A stretch of 64,000 nucleotides of DNA from Sphingomonadales bacterium. Its GTDB lineage: Bacteria; Pseudomonadota; Alphaproteobacteria; Sphingomonadales; Sphingomonadaceae. The stretch is taken from assembly GCA_038204585.1 (NCBI GenBank), contig JBBRCT010000007.1, positions 29,592 to 93,591 of the forward strand, written 5' to 3'. The position numbers and the translations under genes were made by a program. Positions 39,157-48,788 of this stretch are shown here, one piece after another. The stretch's first letter is position 1. Each line of letters begins with the position of its first letter. The notes beneath the pieces were generated by a model, which searched no databases, was not told the DNA's origin, and worked only from the letters and a program-made list of their open reading frames with translations.

Positions 39157-40631
39157 TGCATCCGAACCTGGCCTCGATTGTGGTGGCGGCGCCGGAGCTT
39201 GTGCTCACGGTGGGGAGCTTGCTGCTGCTGATGCTGGGCACTTTTGGCGGTGGTGCCAAGGATTTTGGTGATCGGCTGACGGCGCGGGGTGTGACCTTTG
39301 CCGCTGTGGTGATCATGGGGATTGCTGGCTGGGCTGTGATCGATGCGCCGGTGGGCCGGGCTGTGGCGTTTAACGGGCTTTATGTGGCCGACGGGTTTTC
39401 TGCTTTTCTGAAAGTTTTGATTCTGGGGGCTGCGGCGGCATCGATGGTGTTGGCGCTGCCGTGGCTGGAGGGGGCGAAAACGCTGCGCTTTGAATATCCG
39501 GTGCTGCTGACGATGGCCGCCCTGGGCATGTGCATGATGGTGAGCGCTGATGATATGCTGTCGCTTTATATCGGGCTCGAATTGCAATCGCTGGCGGCTT
39601 ATGTGTTGGCGGCGTTTCATCGGGGCGAGGGGCGATCGGCGGAGGCGGGGCTGAAGTATTTTGTGCTGGGTGCGCTGGCGAGCGGTATTCTGCTTTATGG
39701 CGTGACGCTGGTTTATGGCTTTGCTGGCACGACGAATTTTGGCGGCATTGCGCTGGCGCTGTCTGACGGGTCCAAGTCTCTGGGGTTAGTATTCGGATTG
39801 GTGTTCATTGTTGCCGGGCTGGCGTTCAAGATTTCAGCGGTGCCCTTCCACATGTGGACGCCGGATGTTTATGAGGGCGCACCGACGCCGGTGGCGGCGT
39901 TTTTTTCTGCGGCACCAAAGGCTGCGGCCCTTGGCTTGATGGTGCGGGTGTTGGTGACGGCGTTTGCGCCGGCGGTGTTTGATTGGCAGCAGATTGTCGC
40001 CTTTCTGAGCGTGGCATCGATGATCTTGGGGGCAGTGGCGGCGATTGCGCAGAGCAATTTGAAGCGGCTGCTGGCCTATTCGTCGATTGCGAATATCGGC
40101 TTTGCGCTTGTCGGGCTGACGGCGGCGACGCCGGTGGGGATCGAGGCATTGCTGTTTTACCTGGCGGTGTATCTTGCGATGACGCTGGGGACCTTCATGG
40201 TGGTCATGCAACTGAGGACGCCCGATGGACGGCCGGTCGAAGCAATGGCCGATCTGGCCGGGCTCTCCCGCTCGCAGCCGCGGCTGGCGTTAGCCATGGC
40301 AATATTCATGTTTTCGTTGGCGGGGATTCCGCCGCTTCTGGGCTTTTGGCCGAAGCTGGCGGTGTTTCAGGCGGTGATTGCCGCGGGCATGGTGCCGCTG
40401 GCGCTGATCGGTTTTGTGACGTCGGTGGTGGCAGCCTATTATTACCTTCGGCTCGTCAAGATCATGTATTTTGATGAGGACAAGGTGGGTCTGGTGTCGG
40501 AAGGCAGCCGGGCCAATGGCGCGATGATTCTTGGGGCGGCGTTGTTCTGCTCGCCTGTCGGGATGTTAGCCATGGGGCCTATTGCGGCGGCGACGGCGGC
40601 GGCGGCCGGGGCGTTGTTCGGGCTTGGTTGA
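39156..40631 (+). CDS. nuoN: NADH-quinone oxidoreductase subunit N
   Basis: EAGLKYF, FKISAVPFHMWTPDVYEGAP, SLAGIPP. Confidence 0.97.
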   Translation: MHPNLASIVVAAPELVLTVGSLLLLMLGTFGGGAKDFGDRLTARGVTFAAVVIMGIAGWAVIDAPVGRAVAFNGLYVADGFSAFLKVLILGAAAASMVLALPWLEGAKTLRFEYPVLLTMAALGMCMMVSADDMLSLYIGLELQSLAAYVLAAFHRGEGRSAEAGLKYFVLGALASGILLYGVTLVYGFAGTTNFGGIALALSDGSKSLGLVFGLVFIVAGLAFKISAVPFHMWTPDVYEGAPTPVAAFFSAAPKAAALGLMVRVLVTAFAPAVFDWQQIVAFLSVASMILGAVAAIAQSNLKRLLAYSSIANIGFALVGLTAATPVGIEALLFYLAVYLAMTLGTFMVVMQLRTPDGRPVEAMADLAGLSRSQPRLALAMAIFMFSLAGIPPLLGFWPKLAVFQAVIAAGMVPLALIGFVTSVVAAYYYLRLVKIMYFDEDKVGLVSEGSRANGAMILGAALFCSPVGMLAMGPIAAATAAAAGALFGLG

Positions 40632-41337
40632 GGCCAACTTCACCCATCTGGAAACTGTGGGATCGACCAATGACTGGTTGCTGGCCCGGGCGGCGGACTT
40701 GCCCGATGGCTTTTGGGTGCGGACTGACCGCCAGACGTCGGGGCGCGGGCGGCGGGGACGCATCTGGCATGACGGTGCAGGCAATTTGATGGCCAGTGTT
40801 CTGGTCAGGGCCGAGGGGGCGGTTCAGACGTTTTCCTTTGTTGCAGCGGTTGCTTTGCGGGAGGCGATTTTAGCGGCGACCGGGAAAGAGGCGCGGTTGA
40901 AGTGGCCCAACGACCTGTTGCTGGATGGTGCTAAAGTGAGCGGGATTTTGCTTGAGCGGGCGGGCGATGCGTTGGTGGTGGGGATTGGCGTCAATGTCGG
41001 CTGGGCGCCGGACGATCTGGAGCGGCCTGCGGCGGCAGTGGGCGGCAGTGTGGATGCGCTGTTTTTGGCGCTGCAGGCGCGGTTTGCGCTCTGGCGGGCT
41101 GATTGGGAGCAGCAGGGGTTTGCGCCGGTCCGCGCGGCGTGGCTGGCGGCGGCAGATGGCGTCGGCAGCATGATCGAAGTGCGATTGGGCGATCAAACGC
41201 TTGTTGGGCGGTTTGAGGGGCTGGCCGCTGACGGGGCACTGCTGCTGGCAATGGACGGCGGGGTTCGGCATGTGCATGCCGGCGAGGTGTTTGCGCTGGG
41301 TGGATTGAAGGGCGTGGCCGATGCTTCTTGCGATTGA
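40624..41337 (+). CDS. birA: Biotin--protein ligase (no HTH); start approximate
   Basis: STN, QTSGRGRRGRIW, KWPND, KVSGIL, GIGVN. Confidence 0.93.
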   Translation: MVEANFTHLETVGSTNDWLLARAADLPDGFWVRTDRQTSGRGRRGRIWHDGAGNLMASVLVRAEGAVQTFSFVAAVALREAILAATGKEARLKWPNDLLLDGAKVSGILLERAGDALVVGIGVNVGWAPDDLERPAAAVGGSVDALFLALQARFALWRADWEQQGFAPVRAAWLAAADGVGSMIEVRLGDQTLVGRFEGLAADGALLLAMDGGVRHVHAGEVFALGGLKGVADASCD

Positions 41338-42121
41338 TGTGGGGAATACCAACATAGTTTTTGCCATTTGTGATGGCGATGACATTCGTTGGCGCTGGCG
41401 TATTTCAACCGATGGTCAGCGGACGGCGGATGAATATGCTGTCTGGCTGCATCAGTTGATGGCTTTGGAGGGGGTGGAGCGGACGCATATTGATGCGGCG
41501 ATCATTGCCACGGTTGTGCCGCCTACGCTCTTCAATCTGCAGCGATTGTGCCGGAAGTATTTCCATGTCGAGCCGCTTGTGGTGGCGGTTGGCAGCTTGG
41601 AACTTGGTTTAAAGATTGTCGTGCCGAACCCGGCTGAAGTGGGGGCGGACCGGCTGGTCAACGCGATTGCAGCGCATCATGGCTATCCGGGCACCCTGAT
41701 TGTGGTGGATTTTGGCACTGCCACGACCTTTGATGTTGTGGCGTCCGATGGCTCTTATCTGGGCGGCGTGATTGCGCCGGGGATAAATCTGAGCATGGAC
41801 GCGCTCTATCAGGCGGCGGCGAAACTGCCGCGGATTGCGGTTGAGCCCCCGGTTGATCCGCAGGGCGAAGCACTGGGTGTTATCGGCAAGGGGACGGTTC
41901 ACGCCATGCAGTCCGGCGTGTTCTGGGGCTATGTGGGGTTGATTGAAGGGCTGGTTCAGCGCATTGGACAGGAGATCGGCGGACCGGTGACGGTGATAGC
42001 GACCGGCGGACTTGCCACATTGTTTAACCGGCACACAGCGTCCATTGACCTGGTGGACGGTGATTTGACCATAAGCGGGCTGATCCGCATCCATGAATTG
42101 AATGAGAAGATAACTGAATGA
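41321..42121 (+). CDS. coaX: Type III pantothenate kinase
   Basis: LAIDVGNT, GADR, DFGTATT, ATGG. Confidence 0.96.
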   Translation: MLLAIDVGNTNIVFAICDGDDIRWRWRISTDGQRTADEYAVWLHQLMALEGVERTHIDAAIIATVVPPTLFNLQRLCRKYFHVEPLVVAVGSLELGLKIVVPNPAEVGADRLVNAIAAHHGYPGTLIVVDFGTATTFDVVASDGSYLGGVIAPGINLSMDALYQAAAKLPRIAVEPPVDPQGEALGVIGKGTVHAMQSGVFWGYVGLIEGLVQRIGQEIGGPVTVIATGGLATLFNRHTASIDLVDGDLTISGLIRIHELNEKITE

Positions 42122-43827
42122 AACCTGGTAAAGAACTGATTTTCCTGCCGCTTGGCGGGAGTGGCGAGATTGGCATGAACGTCAATCTTTATGGCTGCGA
42201 AGGCAAATGGGTGATGGTGGATCTGGGCATGACCTTTGCCGATCCGAGCTATCCCGGCGTTGATCTGGTACTGCCTGATCTGGCCTTCATTGAGGAGCGG
42301 GCCAAGGATCTGCTTGGCGTGGTGCTGACGCATGGGCATGAAGACCATATCGGCGCCATTCCCTATCTGGCGGCTGACCTTGGTGTGCCGCTGTATGCGA
42401 CGCCTTTCACAGCTGGGCTGATTGCCAAGAAGCTGAAGGAAGAAGGGATCGAGCGGGAGGTCGAGCTGAGGATTATACCGCTGGGCGGGAAATTGCAGTT
42501 GGGGCCTTTCGGTTTTGAATATGTGTCTCTGGCGCACTCGATTCTTGAGGGCAATGCGCTGATCATCGATACGCCTTATGGACGGCTGTTTCATACCGGC
42601 GACTGGAAGCTGGATGATACGCCTTTGCTGGGAACGCCGGCGAGTGCCGAGATGCTGACGGCGATTGGTGATTCCGGCGTGCTGGCGATGATCGGCGATT
42701 CGACCAATGTTTTCAATACAGAAGCTTCGGGCAGTGAAGGTGATGTGCGTGCCGGGCTGCTGCAGGTGGTGAAAAGCCGCAAGAAGGGGCGGGTGGTTGT
42801 GACGACCTTTGCCTCGAATGCGGCGCGGATTGCGACCTTGGGCCACGTGGCAAAGGAAACCGGGCGGCATCTGGTGCTGGCTGGCAGGTCGATGGACCGG
42901 ATTACGGAAGTTGCGAAGGCGACCGGCTATCTAAAGGATTTGCCGCCGGTGATGAGCTGGGACCAGGCGAGCGGGATGGCGCCTGAGAAGCTGTTGATAT
43001 TGTGCACTGGTGCGCAGGGCGAGCCAGCGGCCGCACTTAGCCGGATTGCGGATGGCAGCCACCCTGCGCTGAAGCTGGAGCCGGGTGATCTGGTGGTTTA
43101 TTCATCCAAGCAGATACCGGGCAATGAGCTGGCGATTGGCCGGGTTCAGAACCAGCTCGCGACGCGCGGGATTGAGGTGATCACTGAGCGGCAGGCGCAT
43201 GTGCATGTGTCCGGCCATCCCGGGCGCCCGGAGCTTGAGGCTATGTATGAGTGGATCAGGCCCGAGATCGCTATTCCGGTGCACGGCGAGCGGCGGCACA
43301 TGGAAGAACATGCGCGCTTTGCCAAGGAATGTGGGGTGAAGAAAACCATGGTGCCGATTAATGGTTCGGCCATCCGGCTGGCGCCGAACGGGCCGCATTT
43401 GATGGGCCATGAGAAGGCTGGTCGGCTGGTGCTCGACGGGGATGTGATCCTGCCGGCTGATGGCTCGACCATGGCCGAACGGCGGCGGTTGATGATGAAT
43501 GGCGTGATGGCGGTTGCCGTCGTGCTTGACCGTGAGGGCCGGCTGCTGGCCGATCCTGTCATCAATGCGCAGGGTGTGCCTGTGGAGGCTGACAAGGAGG
43601 CATTCCTGGCTGAATGTTCCGATGCTGCGGCAAAGGCTGTAAACGGCGGTGGGCGTGCGCCGAGAGGCGGGCGTGGTGGTCCCAAGGGCGCTGGCAAAGC
43701 TGGCAATGGTAATGGCGGCGGTGGCGACAAGCTGGCCGATGACATTCGCGTAGCTGTGCGGCGCGTGGTCAGAGAGTGGACGGGCAAGAAGCCAGTGACC
43801 GAAGTTCAGATCGTCAGGCTGGGATAG
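42118..43827 (+). CDS. rnj: Ribonuclease J
   Basis: PLGGSGEIGMN, HGHEDH, TGDWK, HVSGH, PVHGE. Confidence 0.96.
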   Translation: MKPGKELIFLPLGGSGEIGMNVNLYGCEGKWVMVDLGMTFADPSYPGVDLVLPDLAFIEERAKDLLGVVLTHGHEDHIGAIPYLAADLGVPLYATPFTAGLIAKKLKEEGIEREVELRIIPLGGKLQLGPFGFEYVSLAHSILEGNALIIDTPYGRLFHTGDWKLDDTPLLGTPASAEMLTAIGDSGVLAMIGDSTNVFNTEASGSEGDVRAGLLQVVKSRKKGRVVVTTFASNAARIATLGHVAKETGRHLVLAGRSMDRITEVAKATGYLKDLPPVMSWDQASGMAPEKLLILCTGAQGEPAAALSRIADGSHPALKLEPGDLVVYSSKQIPGNELAIGRVQNQLATRGIEVITERQAHVHVSGHPGRPELEAMYEWIRPEIAIPVHGERRHMEEHARFAKECGVKKTMVPINGSAIRLAPNGPHLMGHEKAGRLVLDGDVILPADGSTMAERRRLMMNGVMAVAVVLDREGRLLADPVINAQGVPVEADKEAFLAECSDAAAKAVNGGGRAPRGGRGGPKGAGKAGNGNGGGGDKLADDIRVAVRRVVREWTGKKPVTEVQIVRLG

Positions 43828-43831
43828 GGCG

Positions 43832-44092
43832 ATGAAGCCGGTTTCGGTGGCGGCGATATACCTGTTGTTCTGGGTGCTGACGCTGTTTGCCGTGCTGCCC
43901 TTCTGGGTCAAAACGAGTGAAGAGGCTGGTGAGGACGCGCTACCGGGCCAAGCTGATTCTGCGCCGGCCAATCCGCAGCTGGGGCGAAAACTGATCTGGA
44001 CGACTTTGATTTCCGCGGTCCTGTTTGGCGTATTTGCTATTAATTATATCTTTGGGTGGATCGAGATTGCGGATGTTCCGGGCTGGCGCTGA
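43832..44092 (+). CDS. DUF1467-like membrane protein
   Basis: W..TLFAVLP, PGQADSAP, WTT motifs; usual neighbour of rnj. Confidence 0.85.
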   Translation: MKPVSVAAIYLLFWVLTLFAVLPFWVKTSEEAGEDALPGQADSAPANPQLGRKLIWTTLISAVLFGVFAINYIFGWIEIADVPGWR

Positions 44093-44098
44093 TGCAGA

Positions 44099-46480
44099 TC
44101 AGCTGTCGCCTGAATTGATTTGTGTGAGGGCGAGGTAGAGCTTGCCGGGATCGGAGGCCAACAGGGTTCCGGCGAGAGCGCGGCCCTGCCTGTCGGCGGT
44201 GACATGGGTGATGAGGCTTTCGAAATCCTGTGCGAAACGCGCGGCATCGACCCTGAAGGCTGCATCATGGGCAAGATGGCGGCTGATGGCGCGCCCTGTA
44301 TCGGAATCGAGCGCCAGCGCCAGACCCCGCAGGAAGCGGCTGCGATCGCCGGCAAGCCAATCTTCATAGGCCTGATCCTCGATATCAAGGGCTAGCAGGC
44401 GGGTCAGGTCGATTGCCTGATCTTTCATGCTGCCGAGCAACTCAGTGGCGCGTCGGGCGAGATCGGATCGTTCGCGGATTTCGACTTCGGTCTGGCGTTT
44501 GTCGAAATGGGTTTCGACGCTGGTGACTGTTTGAGTGAGGGCAACCAGCCGGTTGGAGATGCGCTCGGCTGCGGCCTGAGCGGCGGCAGCGGCGCGATTT
44601 TGCTGGCTTTCAAGCGAGGCCAAGGCCGTGCGGACGGGCGCGCCAAAGGCAGATTCGGCTTTGGCGGTGGCGGCGCGGTCCAATGCTGCCTCAGCTTCCG
44701 CAACGACGCCTGAAAGCGTTTCGCGCATGGTGCCGGCGGACTGGGCTGCGACGTCGCGAATTCGGCTGAAACTTTCCAGCAGGGCGGCCGTGGCTACGAG
44801 CGCTTCATCCTCTGCACCCCGGGTAACGGCTGCGAGGCGGGTTTCTGCGCTGGTCAAACGTTCGTTGAGTGCTGCGGTGGCGTCCTCAAGCGCAGCGCCC
44901 GCGACTTCGAGGCGAGATTGGGCGGTAGCGAGACTGTCGATGCTCGCTTCAATTGGGGTGGAGAGGGCGGCGGCATCGTCCGAAAGCCTGGCAAGGCGGC
45001 TCCCAAGGTCTTCAAGGCCGGGCACGGCGGCCGGCACGGCTTCGGCGAGCTGCTCGAAGAACTGACCCGCTGCGCCGTCTAGGGTTGCGAGGTGGCCGAT
45101 GACCTTTTCGAGGCCGGACTGGGCTTCGGCGACAGGCGTGGCGAGGCCGGAGACACTCGAATGCACAGCGCTGAGGCGGCTATCGACGATTGTAAGCGTG
45201 GCATTGCCATGTTCGGCGCTGGCAGCGAGGGCCGCGTCGAAGCCCTCGATCTGAGCCTTGAGCGTTTCAGCCAATCGCGCGGCGCGTTCGGCCTGTGTGT
45301 CCAGATTGCTACCGAGGTCTGTGATACCGCCGGTCAGTTCGGCGATTCGAATGGCGATGGCGCGTGCCGATTCGCCGCCGATATTATCGATCGTCGTGCG
45401 GGCTTGTTCGACACTGGCGAGCATGGCGTTGGTTTGGGCGTGAACACCATCGCGTGTACTGCCGAGCGCGTCACTGGTCCGTATCAGGGCATTATCGACG
45501 GTCGTGACGATCTTTTCGGCCTGTGCGTCTAACGTCTCACGTGTGGTGGCCATCGCCTCGGCAGCGCGAGCGAGCACGGACTCTATAGCCACCAAGAAGA
45601 CACCGGACTGTGCGTCAAGGTCGTTGCGTGTTGTGGCGAGCGCCTCGGAGACGGTGGCAGCAAGGCTGACCGTCTGTTCACCGATGCCCTGGCGGGCGCT
45701 TTCAACGGCTTGATGTGTACGAGCGAGGGCGGAGTCGACGCCATCATTCAAGGCGCCAAGCGGCTCGGCGAGTGCGATTCGGGCTGTGTCGGTGGCTGCG
45801 GTGATGGCCATGATGCGCGCCTCTGCGGCGTCAGCTGTGGCTGTGGCTTCTGCGCGTGCCTCGGCAAGGCGCGCGGCGAGCCGTGAGAGAAGGCCTTCCG
45901 CATCGGCCATCTGGGTTGCCAGCGCATCCCGGCTGCCGGCGAGAATTACAGTGAGTTGCTCGGCCTTGACGGCCGCTGCTGGCGTTTCCTGACCAAGAGT
46001 AGCTGTAGCGACCTCGGTTCGCTGGACAGCCTCAAGGAGGCCGCTGCTGGTCTGCTGAAGGTCGGTAATCGTGGCGGCAAGGGCTTGGTGCTGGCGTTCG
46101 ACAGGCTTTGCCATGGCAGTGAGCTGGCCAGTGAGGTCCGAAAGGCGCTGTTCAAGCTGGCTTATGGCATCGGCCCCCTGTGCGAGCTGAAGCGTGGTGA
46201 GACGGGTCTGTTCGGCGAGAAGAGCACTACGCTCGGCGCGGAAACGGCCGCTATCCTGCAAGCGCAGGGCCACAAACCACAGCAAGGCGAGAGGCGCTGC
46301 GAAACTCAGGGTAATGCCTGCCACTACAGCAACGATATCGAAGCTGCCGGGCAGGCGCAGGCCGGGAATGAGCGGGATCATTGCGGCAGCTGTTACAAGG
46401 AGCCACAAAATAGTTGCGGCACCCGCGATCCAGAGCGGCCAGCGAGGTGGGGCGGGAAGGGGAGAGTCGTCTGACATCAT
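44099..46480 (-). CDS. TipN-like membrane-anchored coiled-coil polarity protein
   Basis: Two N-terminal TMs, long Ala-rich helical repeats, C-terminal WLAGDRSRF...DFESL...LLASDPGKLYLAL. ATG 46480 overlaps the upstream TAA. Confidence 0.68.
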   Translation of the reverse strand: MMSDDSPLPAPPRWPLWIAGAATILWLLVTAAAMIPLIPGLRLPGSFDIVAVVAGITLSFAAPLALLWFVALRLQDSGRFRAERSALLAEQTRLTTLQLAQGADAISQLEQRLSDLTGQLTAMAKPVERQHQALAATITDLQQTSSGLLEAVQRTEVATATLGQETPAAAVKAEQLTVILAGSRDALATQMADAEGLLSRLAARLAEARAEATATADAAEARIMAITAATDTARIALAEPLGALNDGVDSALARTHQAVESARQGIGEQTVSLAATVSEALATTRNDLDAQSGVFLVAIESVLARAAEAMATTRETLDAQAEKIVTTVDNALIRTSDALGSTRDGVHAQTNAMLASVEQARTTIDNIGGESARAIAIRIAELTGGITDLGSNLDTQAERAARLAETLKAQIEGFDAALAASAEHGNATLTIVDSRLSAVHSSVSGLATPVAEAQSGLEKVIGHLATLDGAAGQFFEQLAEAVPAAVPGLEDLGSRLARLSDDAAALSTPIEASIDSLATAQSRLEVAGAALEDATAALNERLTSAETRLAAVTRGAEDEALVATAALLESFSRIRDVAAQSAGTMRETLSGVVAEAEAALDRAATAKAESAFGAPVRTALASLESQQNRAAAAAQAAAERISNRLVALTQTVTSVETHFDKRQTEVEIRERSDLARRATELLGSMKDQAIDLTRLLALDIEDQAYEDWLAGDRSRFLRGLALALDSDTGRAISRHLAHDAAFRVDAARFAQDFESLITHVTADRQGRALAGTLLASDPGKLYLALTQINSGDS

Positions 46481-47370
46481 TACTCCGGACGTAGCACCGC
46501 AGAGGATTGGCTGGCCAGCGTAGCTTCGCGATTCCGCAGTCGATTGTTCATAAAGAATGCAATTAGCGTTAGGGCTATGATCTCCCACCACCAATAGAGC
46601 CGCGGATCGCCGGCGAGGCAGGCGAGTGCGATGGCGATTGTGCGATTATTTGCCGAGAGAATGGACATCTGGCGAATGATCGGCGCGGTAAGATCGAGAT
46701 AGTCGGGAAGCAAGCCTGGCCGCGCGGTGAGCGCCATGTCCATTCGCCGGTGACTGCGATTGAACCGATTCTCGGCCCAGTTATAGGGCGCTGCAATGGC
46801 GGGGCCGGCAGGGCGGGGCGCTATGGTGAACTCACCGACAAGGCGACGCTTCCACGCCTCGCGCTCACCTTCGTACCAGGCCGATTGGAGCGCATGGAAG
46901 CAACCAGAAACCGCAGCCAGAGCAAGCGTGTTCTTCCAGTCCGGGAAGGACAGGGCGAGCGGGATGATAACGACTATGAAGGTTAGATAATCGCAAACGC
47001 CGTCGATCACCCTGCCAAGCGGGCTGGCCTTGCCCGATGCGCGAGCGAGTTTGCCATCGAGACCGTCACAGACATGCCATGCGAACATGGCCAGAAAGCC
47101 CGCGATGACAAACCTTGGATCGTGCCAATTCCAGTAACAAAAGCCGGCCAGAATACCGAACCCCATGCCCGCAAAAGACACTGTGTTGGGATGAATATCC
47201 AGCTTGAGTGCGGCTGGCAGCAGCCGCCATGACATGGGATGGACCAGCCAGAGGTTGCTGGGATCCTCGATCGCATCAGGGCGCGCGGTATCTGTTGCAG
47301 TTTTGTGCACGGCTGCTTTGCTAGGCCGGTGGATCGGGGGTTGGCAAGCGGCCTTGGCAAGATGTGGCAC
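46480..47370 (-). CDS. CDP-alcohol phosphotransferase (start may be GTG 47310)
   Basis: HPNTVS and the full signature DGLDGKLAR...GRVIDGVCD. Confidence 0.92.
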   Translation of the reverse strand: MPHLAKAACQPPIHRPSKAAVHKTATDTARPDAIEDPSNLWLVHPMSWRLLPAALKLDIHPNTVSFAGMGFGILAGFCYWNWHDPRFVIAGFLAMFAWHVCDGLDGKLARASGKASPLGRVIDGVCDYLTFIVVIIPLALSFPDWKNTLALAAVSGCFHALQSAWYEGEREAWKRRLVGEFTIAPRPAGPAIAAPYNWAENRFNRSHRRMDMALTARPGLLPDYLDLTAPIIRQMSILSANNRTIAIALACLAGDPRLYWWWEIIALTLIAFFMNNRLRNREATLASQSSAVLRPE

Positions 47371-47394
47371 AAACCCCTATGAGACGCGCCAGCG

Positions 47395-48717
47395 ATGGCG
47401 TGTATTGGCGTTCTTTTGGCCCCCGAGGCGTTCCAGGCGGGATTGGTCATTGGCGGGATCACATTGCTTGAGCGTCAAGCACGCACTCTTAGGCGGGCAG
47501 GATGCACGACGCTGCTTCTGGTGGCGCCACAGCCGCTTACAAAGGTGCCTGAAGGGGTTGAAACTGTAACGATGGCGGGGCTGCCGGCGCGAATGGCAGA
47601 TGCCGGATTCGCGGTTGTTCTGGCGCCAGGACTGACGATCGACGAACGGGCGGTGGCGGCGATTCTTGACGTCGAAGAAGCGGCAATTCTGGTGAGCGAT
47701 GGCGCTTCACATGGTGGCGTTGAACGCCTTGATGCGGCCAACCTCGCGTCGGGCGTGATGAAATTGCCGGCCGCAATGCTTGCTGAAGTGGCTGGGGGGC
47801 TAGGCGACTGGGACTTCCATTCGACACTGATTCGTCTGGCGGCTGCGGACCCGACGGTGACGCGCATTTCGATCGCTGATATCGAGCTTTATGCGCCCGA
47901 GCGGCGGCGTCTGGTGCCAATGATATGGGCGCGACCGGTGGAAGAGGCGGCGGCTGCTGAGACAACTCGGCTAGTGATTGCAGCAGCCCAGAAAGGCGCG
48001 CTCGACTGGCCGGCGCGGTTTGTGCATCCATTGATCGAAGACACGCTGGTGCGCCTGCTTGCCCCCAGCTTTGTGACGCCGAACATGGTAACGCTGGTGA
48101 CGGCGATCCTGGGATTTGCTGCTGCCGGGCTGTTTGCCGCTGGAATGTTGTGGTGGGCATTGGGACTGGCCTTGCTTTGTGGCCCGCTTGACGGCGTGGA
48201 CGGCAAGCTGGCGCGGACCCGGATCGAGTTTTCGCGCTGGGGGGACCTTGAGCATGTGCTCGACAAGCTGATCGAATATGTCTGGTATCTCTGTGCCGCC
48301 TGGTGGTTTTCCGGGGCGGCTGCCGATGGTGGGCTGGGATCGGGCTTGCCCTGGGCTGTGGCGGCGCTGATTATTTTTCCAGCACTTTCGGAATCGCTTC
48401 AGGGCGAATTTTTTCGGCGTATTACCGGCAAGCAGCTGGACGATGCTGGCACCTTCGAGCGCCGATTGCGGCTTGTTGCCGGACGCCGGAACACCTTTCT
48501 TTGGACATGGGCAGCGATGGCAGCAATGGGCTGGTGGTTTCAAGGCTTTGTGCTGCTGGCAGGCTATAGCATGGTTACAACCGCCATCACGCAGTGGCGC
48601 TTTTACAGTCGGTTAGGTGAATTCCTCAGGGCTGGCGATGCTCGTGTGAAGGCCAACTATGCTGCCAGCAGCTATGGTTTCCTCACCAAAGCGTCCTTGC
48701 CGAGCGAACCCCTGTAG
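47395..48717 (+). CDS. Degenerate nucleotidyltransferase-like domain fused to a CDP-alcohol phosphotransferase
   Basis: N-terminal IGGITLLERQARTLRRAG; C-terminal TPNMVT and DGVDGKLAR...GDLEHVLD. Confidence 0.85.
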   Translation: MACIGVLLAPEAFQAGLVIGGITLLERQARTLRRAGCTTLLLVAPQPLTKVPEGVETVTMAGLPARMADAGFAVVLAPGLTIDERAVAAILDVEEAAILVSDGASHGGVERLDAANLASGVMKLPAAMLAEVAGGLGDWDFHSTLIRLAAADPTVTRISIADIELYAPERRRLVPMIWARPVEEAAAAETTRLVIAAAQKGALDWPARFVHPLIEDTLVRLLAPSFVTPNMVTLVTAILGFAAAGLFAAGMLWWALGLALLCGPLDGVDGKLARTRIEFSRWGDLEHVLDKLIEYVWYLCAAWWFSGAAADGGLGSGLPWAVAALIIFPALSESLQGEFFRRITGKQLDDAGTFERRLRLVAGRRNTFLWTWAAMAAMGWWFQGFVLLAGYSMVTTAITQWRFYSRLGEFLRAGDARVKANYAASSYGFLTKASLPSEPL

Positions 48718-48788
48718 TATAACTGCCACAAATTATCTGCCTCGCCGGTATGGGGGCTGAGGTTTCGTCGTGAAAGGAACTGCTTGAA

